Of a DNA stretch of 64,000 nt, positions 56,853 through 64,000 are shown in pieces. The DNA lies in the sequence record OL960577.1; one strand, 5' to 3'. The notes beneath the pieces were generated by a model. It was not told the DNA's origin. It worked only from the letters and a program-made list of their open reading frames with translations, and did not search any database. How positions within the stretch are numbered: position 1 is the first letter of the stretch; the number at the start of each line of letters is the position of its first letter. A program made the translations under genes and the position numbers. Source of the DNA: Escherichia phage vB_EcoM_SA35RD.

Positions 56853-57849
56853 TTCAAGTGTTATCTATCGTGCAATAGTTACATCAAAATTTAGAACAGA
56901 GAAAATGCTGAATTTTTATAATTCAGTTGGGGATGGAGATGATAAGAACTCCATTTATATTACGTTTGGACGTTCAGAGCCTTGGGCGTCAAATGAAAAT
57001 GAGGTGGGCTTCGCCCCACCTTATCCTACAGATTCTGTTCTTGGTGTTACCGATATGTGGACCCATATGATGGGTACCGTTAAAGTTTTACCTTCAATGT
57101 TAGATTCTGTTATTCCTAGACGTGATTGGGGAGATGTACGATATCCAGACCCTTACACGTTTAGAATTAACGATATAGTCGCATGTAATACTGCTCCGTA
57201 CAACGCGACAGAAGTTGGAGCCGGTTGGTTAATTTACCGTTGTTTAGATGTCCCTGACGTAGGGCTCTGTTCAATAGAATCTTTAGATAATAAAGATGAA
57301 TGTCTTAAATTAGGTGGTAAATGGACTCCGTCTGTTCGTTCTATGTCTCCTCCTGAAGGCAGAGGCGATGCTAATGGGGTTATCGAAACCGGTGATGGAT
57401 ATATTTGGGAATATCTTTATGAGATTCCTGCCGATGTGTCAATTAACCGTTGCACTAATGAATATCTTGTAGTTCCATGGCCGGAAGAAATTAAAGAAGA
57501 CCCCACCCGTTGGGGATATGAAAATAACTTAACTTGGCAACAAGACGACTACGGCTTGATTTATCGTGTTAAAGCTAATACAATGCGGTTTAAAGCATAT
57601 TTTGATTCTGTTTATTTCCCTGAGGCAGCTTTGCCAGGTAACAAGGGTTTTAGACAGATATCAATTATCGCAAACCCATTAGAAGCTAAGAAAAATCCAA
57701 ATGACCCTAATGTTAAAGCAGAAAAGGATTATTACGACCCTAGAGACCTGCAACGTCATTCTGGTGAAATGATTTATATGGAAAACCGACCACCTGTTAT
57801 TATGGCAATGGACCAAACAGAAGAAATTAACATTTTGTTTATGTTTTAA
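56845..57849 (+). CDS. 8: baseplate wedge protein gp8
   Basis: 334 aa as T4 gp8; synteny. Confidence 0.9.
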   Translation: MNDSSVIYRAIVTSKFRTEKMLNFYNSVGDGDDKNSIYITFGRSEPWASNENEVGFAPPYPTDSVLGVTDMWTHMMGTVKVLPSMLDSVIPRRDWGDVRYPDPYTFRINDIVACNTAPYNATEVGAGWLIYRCLDVPDVGLCSIESLDNKDECLKLGGKWTPSVRSMSPPEGRGDANGVIETGDGYIWEYLYEIPADVSINRCTNEYLVVPWPEEIKEDPTRWGYENNLTWQQDDYGLIYRVKANTMRFKAYFDSVYFPEAALPGNKGFRQISIIANPLEAKKNPNDPNVKAEKDYYDPRDLQRHSGEMIYMENRPPVIMAMDQTEEINILFMF

Positions 57850-57852
57850 TTA

Positions 57853-57876
57853 GGGAGCCTTCGGGCTCCCATTTTT
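57853..57876 (+). terminator. rho-independent terminator after gene 8
   Basis: GGGAGCC-ttcg-GGCTCCC followed by ATTTTT. Confidence 0.65.
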
Positions 57877-57882
57877 GTATCT

Positions 57883-57890
57883 ATAAATAG
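57883..57890 (+). promoter_or_regulatory. late promoter TATAAATA for gene 9
   Basis: Exact motif about 32 nt upstream of gp9 start. Confidence 0.7.
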
Positions 57891-57921
57891 AATATAATAT
57901 CGGACAACAAAAGGCAGAATT

Positions 57922-58794
57922 ATGGCATTTTTTAAGCAAACTCCTAAACAATTAATCGATACCGGCGAAATTGGTAATGCCTCAACAGGTGATATCTTAT
58001 TCGACGGTGGTAATAAAATAAATGACGATATCAACGCTATTTACAATGCATTTGGCGATCAACGTAAAATGGCTGTAGCAGATGGAACCGGACCTACAGG
58101 TCAAACTATTCATGCCACAGGTTATTATCAAAAAGGAAAGGCGGCCGATTATCAAACTCCTATTAAACCAGGCACCATGCATGATATTGATGCTTCTGAT
58201 GGTGGTGTGATTGTTATTATTGACCGTCCTGAATTAGGTGACTCTGTAGAATTCATAAACTCTAATGGGTCTATTTCTGTTAACAATCCTTTAAGTATCC
58301 AAGTAACCGATGGTTCGATTAAAGGTGTTCTTAATAATCTTGTTATTTCCACCCCTTATACCCATGTTGTTCTTCGTTGTGTTGAACTTAATGGGCCAAC
58401 TTCAGTATGGAATTATTCTACTGATAGCATGTTTGGGCAGAAAGAATCTCCTGTTGATGGGACTTGGAGTCTTACAGGAAACACAGTTTCTATTCCTCTG
58501 TTTTATCGCACAGATTATAACATGGCTAAATTGCTTGTTACATGTCAATCCGCCGACGGTAGAAAAATAAAAACATGCGAAATAAATATTCTAATAGATA
58601 CAATTAACTCAGAAGTTCTTTCTACCGAATTTGCAGTAATGCGAGTTGGTAATGTAGATGAAACCGACGAGATTGCTAATATTAGCTTTAGTATTATTAA
58701 CAACTTTGCTACTATGACGATTACATCCGATATTATTGGATTACGTTCGGCAGTTAAAATTATCTCAACTCAGAAAATTGGGGTCGCTCAATAA
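57922..58794 (+). CDS. 9: baseplate wedge/long tail fibre socket gp9
   Basis: 290 aa; ...KQLIDTGEIGNASTGDILFDGGNKIN resembles T4 gp9. Confidence 0.9.
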   Translation: MAFFKQTPKQLIDTGEIGNASTGDILFDGGNKINDDINAIYNAFGDQRKMAVADGTGPTGQTIHATGYYQKGKAADYQTPIKPGTMHDIDASDGGVIVIIDRPELGDSVEFINSNGSISVNNPLSIQVTDGSIKGVLNNLVISTPYTHVVLRCVELNGPTSVWNYSTDSMFGQKESPVDGTWSLTGNTVSIPLFYRTDYNMAKLLVTCQSADGRKIKTCEINILIDTINSEVLSTEFAVMRVGNVDETDEIANISFSIINNFATMTITSDIIGLRSAVKIISTQKIGVAQ

Positions 58795-60599
58795 TGAAAC
58801 AAAATATTAAAATTGGTAACGTCGTTGATGACGGACAAGGCGATTACCTTCGTCGAGGTGGTGAAAAAATAAATGAGAACTTTGACGAAATCTATTATGA
58901 ATTAGGTGATGGTGAAGTTCCTTATGCAGCTGGTGCATGGAAGACTTATGATGCGGCTGATGGTCTTAATCTTAAGGCTGCTTGGGGTAAATCTTATGCA
59001 ATTAATACTACTTCTGGGCGAGTTTCGGTAAATCTTCCTAAAGGGACAATTGCAGACTATAATAAAGTTATTCGTGCTCGTGACGTATTTGCAACTTGGA
59101 ACATTAACCCTGTTACTTTAATTCCGGCAAACGGAGATACGATTAAAGGTTCTTCATCTCCGGTAGAAATTAACGTTCAGTTCTCTGATTTAGAATTAGT
59201 TTATTGTGCTCCTGGACGTTGGGAATACATCAAGAACAAACAAATTGATAAAATAGTTAGCTCTGACATTAGTAATGTTGCTCGTAGAGAATATCTGGTT
59301 GAAACCCAAGGTCAGACCGATTTCATGGATGTTTTTAACGGTACCTCTTATAACATTAACAACATTCGCGTAAAACATCGTGGCAACGAATTGTATTATG
59401 GTGATGTATTCAGTGATAATAGTGATTTTGGTTCTCCAGGCGCTAATCCTGGTGAACTGGTTGCACTCGATGGATTTAATATTAGATTACGCCAACCATG
59501 TAATGTTGGGGACACTGTACAAATTGAGACATTCCTAGACGGTGTTTCTCAGTGGCGTAGTTCATATACTCGTCGCCAAGTTCGCATTTTAGATAGTAAA
59601 TTGACTGCTAAAAAGTCTATTGACGGAAGTATTTACGTCACTGATTTGAGTACATTCAGGTCTATTCCATTTACAGCATTTGGTATTAATCCTACAGAAC
59701 CACCTAACCCGAATTCATTAGAAGTTCGCTTCAATGGTATTCTCCAAGAATTAGCGGGTACTGTTGGAACTCCTATTTTCCGTTGTGAAGGTGTGGATGC
59801 TGATTCTGAAGAGTCATGCGCTAATCTCGGTGGGACATGGACTCAATCGTATACAGATTATGCGATTGAATATACTGATAATATCCCTAGCGCAATTCTG
59901 TTTGACCGTCAATTTGAAGACCAAGACATTATTACCATCACATGGTTTAATAACGATTTAGGAACTCTTCTTGAAATGGAAGAAATCCTTGATGCCACTG
60001 ACGAGAAATATGTTTCTCAAGGGTCTAACATTGAAATTACTGGCGATGTTGCATTAACCGATTTTGATAAAATCGGCTGGCCTAATGTAGAACCTGTTCC
60101 TACATATGAACGTGAATTCTCGACTATTTCAGCAATATTTGACACAATTTATCCTGTTGGGACTATTTACGAAAATGCTGTTAACCCTAATAATCCGGCC
60201 ACTTATTTAGGTTTTGGTTCGTGGAAAATTTGGGGACAAGGCAAAGTATTAGCAGGTTGGAATGACGACGCATCCGATCCTAATTTTGCATTAAATAATA
60301 ATGACCTTGACGTCAATGGTAACCCTACTCATACCGCGGGTGGTACCGTTGGTGTAACAACCATCACATTAGAAAATGCTGATTTACCGGCTACACAAAC
60401 CGATGAAAAGGTTCTTATTTCTGATGATAATGGTACAGTAATTATAGGCGGTTGCCAATATGACCCGGATGAAGAAGGTCCTATTTACACTAAATATCGT
60501 GAAGACCATGCAAAGACTAATGGATCTCATGTTCCAGCGCGTTCTATAACTAATATTCAGCCATCTATAACTGTATACCGTTGGGTAAGGATTGCATAA
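58794..60599 (+). CDS. 10: baseplate wedge protein gp10
   Basis: 601 aa; synteny. Confidence 0.9.
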   Translation: MKQNIKIGNVVDDGQGDYLRRGGEKINENFDEIYYELGDGEVPYAAGAWKTYDAADGLNLKAAWGKSYAINTTSGRVSVNLPKGTIADYNKVIRARDVFATWNINPVTLIPANGDTIKGSSSPVEINVQFSDLELVYCAPGRWEYIKNKQIDKIVSSDISNVARREYLVETQGQTDFMDVFNGTSYNINNIRVKHRGNELYYGDVFSDNSDFGSPGANPGELVALDGFNIRLRQPCNVGDTVQIETFLDGVSQWRSSYTRRQVRILDSKLTAKKSIDGSIYVTDLSTFRSIPFTAFGINPTEPPNPNSLEVRFNGILQELAGTVGTPIFRCEGVDADSEESCANLGGTWTQSYTDYAIEYTDNIPSAILFDRQFEDQDIITITWFNNDLGTLLEMEEILDATDEKYVSQGSNIEITGDVALTDFDKIGWPNVEPVPTYEREFSTISAIFDTIYPVGTIYENAVNPNNPATYLGFGSWKIWGQGKVLAGWNDDASDPNFALNNNDLDVNGNPTHTAGGTVGVTTITLENADLPATQTDEKVLISDDNGTVIIGGCQYDPDEEGPIYTKYREDHAKTNGSHVPARSITNIQPSITVYRWVRIA

Positions 60600-61258
60600 T
60601 GACTGTACTTAATACAAAGGCGGGAGTTATTTCCCGTCATGCTGATTTTTTGAATTACAGAAAAAATCCAGATCAAATTGATGTTTTAAACAACCAAGCT
60701 GTAGGTTCCGTGACTATTTCTCAGTTAGCTCGCGGTTTTTATGATGCTAACGTAGAATCTGCAATAAATGATGTCCATAATATGGCACGAGCTGATATTG
60801 GTACTGTTGTCACAAACACTTCAGGCGTATCGCCTGAAGGTACAGCACAAGTTGATTATTGGACTTTTTCTGGTGATGTTCTCGACGATACTTTGGCCCC
60901 TGGAACGCCGGTCGTTATTAACGTATTTGGACTTGCGGTTAAAGCAACAATCGGTATGACTGATAACGAATTAACGGCACAAGTTCGTATAGCTTTACAA
61001 GAAGCCATTGCTAATCAAATCGCTATTTCTTCTTATAAAGACCATCCGTCAGAAGGTAATAAACTTCAGGTGACATATTTAGATAACCAACGTCATGTGT
61101 TGCCAACATATGCTTCGTTTGGTGTAACAATTTCGCAAGAAATTTTGTCTGAAGCAAAATCCGGATACGGAACATGGAATTTACTGGGTGCCCAAACGGT
61201 TACTCTTGATAACCATAATACTCCTACCGTTTTCTACCACTTTGTGAGAGCCTCATGA
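60599..61258 (+). CDS. 11: baseplate wedge protein gp11
   Basis: Track ORF 60581..61258 trimmed to [12 protein letters not shown] (219 aa); local coordinates may be off by 1. Confidence 0.85.
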   Translation: MTVLNTKAGVISRHADFLNYRKNPDQIDVLNNQAVGSVTISQLARGFYDANVESAINDVHNMARADIGTVVTNTSGVSPEGTAQVDYWTFSGDVLDDTLAPGTPVVINVFGLAVKATIGMTDNELTAQVRIALQEAIANQIAISSYKDHPSEGNKLQVTYLDNQRHVLPTYASFGVTISQEILSEAKSGYGTWNLLGAQTVTLDNHNTPTVFYHFVRAS

Positions 61259-62838
61259 GTAATAACAATACATACCAACACGTTTCAAACGAATCCATTT
61301 ACGTTGAATTCGACCCTACGGGGTCGAATTTTCCAGATACAGTCACTAATGTCCAAGCCGCATTAGCTGCTATTTCTCCTTCAGGTGTTAATGGTGTACC
61401 GGAAGCGACAACTACTACATCAGGAATTATTCAAATAGCTACTCCACAAGAAGTTATTGATGGATTAGATAATAGTAAAGCTGTTACTCCGGCATCACTG
61501 AATGCTCGTCTACAATATCCTAATGCAACTGAAACTCAATATGGCTTAACTCGTTATGCTACTGAAGATGAAGCAGTAACAGGAACTATTGACGATGCAT
61601 CAATTACTCCGCTTAAATTGAATCAAAAAATAGACAATGTATTTCAGACAAAAGTGTCAACAGAAGCAACAAATGGTGTAATTAAAATTTCAACTTCTGC
61701 TGCGGCATTAGCTGGCTCTGACGATACAACGGCAATGACCCCGTTAAAAACGCAACAATTAGCAATTAAACTTATTTCGCAAATTGCTCCAAATAATAGT
61801 GACGCCACCGAATCTATTACCGGTGTTGTTCGTTTGGCTACAGTTGCTCAAGCACAACAAGGCACCCTGCGTGAAGGCTATGCAATTTCACCTTATACCT
61901 TTATGAATTCAGTAGCATCAGAAACTAATAAAGGTGTCGTTAAACTAGGGACACAGACTGAAGTAAATAGTAACAACTCTTCAGCTGTAGTGACCGGCGC
62001 AACATTAAACGGACGTGGTGCTACAACTTCTTTACGTGGAGTTGTTCGTTTAACTACACAAGCGGGTAGTCAATCAGGTGGTGATGGTTCTTCTGCCCTT
62101 GCTTGGAATGCTGATGTTATCCACCAACGAGGTGGACAAACTATTAATGGCACGCTTCGCATTAATAATACGTTGACGGTTGGTTCTGGTGGTGCTAATA
62201 TAACGGGTAATGTCAATATGACCGGCGGTTATATTCAAGGCAATCGTATTGTGACTCAAAATGAATTAGACCGAATTCTTCCAGTTGGCGCTATTACAAT
62301 GTGGGCTGCAGATAGTTTACCGAGTTCTGATTGGCGCTTCTGTCACGGTGGGACCGTTTCTGCTTCAGAATGTCCGGTATATGCTTCCAGAATTGGGACA
62401 CGATATGGTGGTAGTTCTTCTAACCCAGGCTTGCCTGATATGCGTGGATTATTTGTTCGTGGCTCAGGTCGTGGCTCTCACTTAACAAATCCAAATGTTA
62501 ATGGTAATGACCAGTTTGGTAAGCCTAGATTAGGTGTAGGTTGTACTGGTGGATATGTTGGTGAAGTACAGAAACAACAGATGTCTTATCATAAACACGC
62601 TGGCGGATTTGGTGAGCATGATGATTCTGGAGCATTCGGTAATACCCGTAGATCAAATTTCGTTGGTACACGTAAAGGACTTGACTGGGATAACCGTTCA
62701 TACTTCACCAATGACGGATATGAAATCGACCCGGCATCACAACGAAATTCCAAATATACATTAAATCGTCCTGAATTAATTGGAAATGAAACACGTCCAT
62801 GGAACATTTCTTTAAACTATATCATTAAGGTAAAATAA
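61255..62838 (+). CDS. 12: short tail fibre gp12
   Basis: 527 aa; [27 protein letters not shown]...; C-terminal HxH receptor-binding region. Confidence 0.9.
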   Translation: MSNNNTYQHVSNESIYVEFDPTGSNFPDTVTNVQAALAAISPSGVNGVPEATTTTSGIIQIATPQEVIDGLDNSKAVTPASLNARLQYPNATETQYGLTRYATEDEAVTGTIDDASITPLKLNQKIDNVFQTKVSTEATNGVIKISTSAAALAGSDDTTAMTPLKTQQLAIKLISQIAPNNSDATESITGVVRLATVAQAQQGTLREGYAISPYTFMNSVASETNKGVVKLGTQTEVNSNNSSAVVTGATLNGRGATTSLRGVVRLTTQAGSQSGGDGSSALAWNADVIHQRGGQTINGTLRINNTLTVGSGGANITGNVNMTGGYIQGNRIVTQNELDRILPVGAITMWAADSLPSSDWRFCHGGTVSASECPVYASRIGTRYGGSSSNPGLPDMRGLFVRGSGRGSHLTNPNVNGNDQFGKPRLGVGCTGGYVGEVQKQQMSYHKHAGGFGEHDDSGAFGNTRRSNFVGTRKGLDWDNRSYFTNDGYEIDPASQRNSKYTLNRPELIGNETRPWNISLNYIIKVK

Positions 62839-64000
62839 TGGCTGATATAACTCTGGTAGATTTACCATATGTTGACGGCCCGCCAGACGCGGGTCAGAGT
62901 CGTATTGAATGGATTAAAAACGATGAAGAAATAACAGGTGCTGACACAAAATACGGTTCTGAAGGTGTAATGAACCGTCCTATTGTTGAAGTTCAACGTA
63001 ACGTAGAAGCGTTAGATGTTAATATTAAAACTATAGCATCTTCTTTGAATACGGCCAATGAAGATATAAAAGTTATTCAAGGTATTTTAGATGTTTCTGG
63101 GGATGTTGATGCTCTTGCACAGATAGGCCAGAACACCCAAGATATTGATGTCATTAAAGTCACAGTTCAAACCCATGCTAGTGAATTGAATGATTTGAAT
63201 GAACGTATTGATGCGAATACTGATGATATTGGTGTTTATAATCAGGAAACAGATTCAGTTTATAGAACGGTTCGTAACGACCTGCTTTGGATTAAAAATG
63301 AATTAGGACAATATACTGGTCAAGATATTAATGGGGTTCCTACTCCAGGAAATGATAGCACTGGTATGAAACGCCGTATTATGACTAATAGCTCCGTAAT
63401 TGTTGACCATGGCGTTCGATTAACTGATTTAGAAACTAAATTTGCTGATTCTGACGTCGGCTCTTTAACTATTGAAGTCGAACACTTGCGCGAAGAAATG
63501 GGACCTCGCACTTCTTTCACTACTCCAGTGTTTAGTCGTCTTTCCGGTATTGATTTAACTTTGTCGCGTCAAAATGCTGACTTGGATGGCATTAAACAGT
63601 CTATTGGGTATCCTAATACGACTTCTATTATTACTACAACTAATGCGAATAGTTCAGCAATAAACGACATTAATCTTGAGCTCAATAAATCAGGTGGTAT
63701 TAAACCTCGTTTGACTACAGTAGAAACTGTCATTGGCGCTGATGATTTGCCTACTACAATCCAAGGACGTATTAAACTCAATACTGATGCTATCGGAGCA
63801 TTGAACACTGTTGTCGGCTCTGATTCTTCGTCAGGATTGCGTTTTAATGTGTCATGGTTAAATAACGTAGTCGGTGTTGACGCTTCAGGTGGGAAACCGG
63901 AACCAGCCGGCTCTTTGCTTTATCGTACTCGAGAGCTTGAAGGAACTATCAGTGGGATGAGTAATGACATTCAGAACATTCAAACTGATGTTGGGACTAA
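62838..64000 (+). CDS. wac: fibritin (whisker) wac, N-terminal part (partial)
   Basis: ATG at 62838 opens [31 protein letters not shown]..., heptad-repeat sequence open to window end. Confidence 0.85.
   Translation, partial: MADITLVDLPYVDGPPDAGQSRIEWIKNDEEITGADTKYGSEGVMNRPIVEVQRNVEALDVNIKTIASSLNTANEDIKVIQGILDVSGDVDALAQIGQNTQDIDVIKVTVQTHASELNDLNERIDANTDDIGVYNQETDSVYRTVRNDLLWIKNELGQYTGQDINGVPTPGNDSTGMKRRIMTNSSVIVDHGVRLTDLETKFADSDVGSLTIEVEHLREEMGPRTSFTTPVFSRLSGIDLTLSRQNADLDGIKQSIGYPNTTSIITTTNANSSAINDINLELNKSGGIKPRLTTVETVIGADDLPTTIQGRIKLNTDAIGALNTVVGSDSSSGLRFNVSWLNNVVGVDASGGKPEPAGSLLYRTRELEGTISGMSNDIQNIQTDVGT

Overview
This window reads as a T4-like (Tevenvirinae) coliphage genome segment, and the DNA polymerase N-terminus matches what I recall of phage RB69 gp43 (from memory, not a search). 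Positions 1-48593 are a dense minus-strand block of early/middle genes: gp43 (partial), regA, 62, 44, 45, 46, 47, 55, a glutaredoxin-like gene, nrdG, nrdD, 49, nrdC, rI, tk, regB, a GrcA-like gene, denV, lysozyme e, nudE, two tRNAs, ipI, 57B, 57A, 1, 3, 2 and 4, interspersed with many small hypothetical ORFs. Positions 48652-64000 are the plus-strand late baseplate/tail-fibre module: 53, 5, 5.1, 5.4 (PAAR), 6, 7, 8, 9, 10, 11, 12 and the start of wac. The six-frame track uses TTG/GTG as well as ATG starts, so several starts were adjusted by eye; coordinates I derived myself may be off by 1-2 nt. The most interesting signals are: (1) at least 19 copies of a T4-type early-promoter cassette with inverted repeats built around the -10 element, one pair showing a compensatory base-pair change; (2) six genes carrying the capsid-targeting N-terminus of injected internal proteins, three in tandem; (3) a GrcA-like gene whose 3' half looks host-derived; (4) an uncharacterised cluster of a nucleotidyltransferase-fold protein, a P-loop ATPase and a late-promoter-driven secreted peptide; (5) several small-protein paralogue families with conserved Cys-containing C-termini in the e-to-tRNA hyperplastic region. 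No CRISPR array, IS element or integrase was seen. Functions for hypothetical ORFs are inferred from short motifs only.
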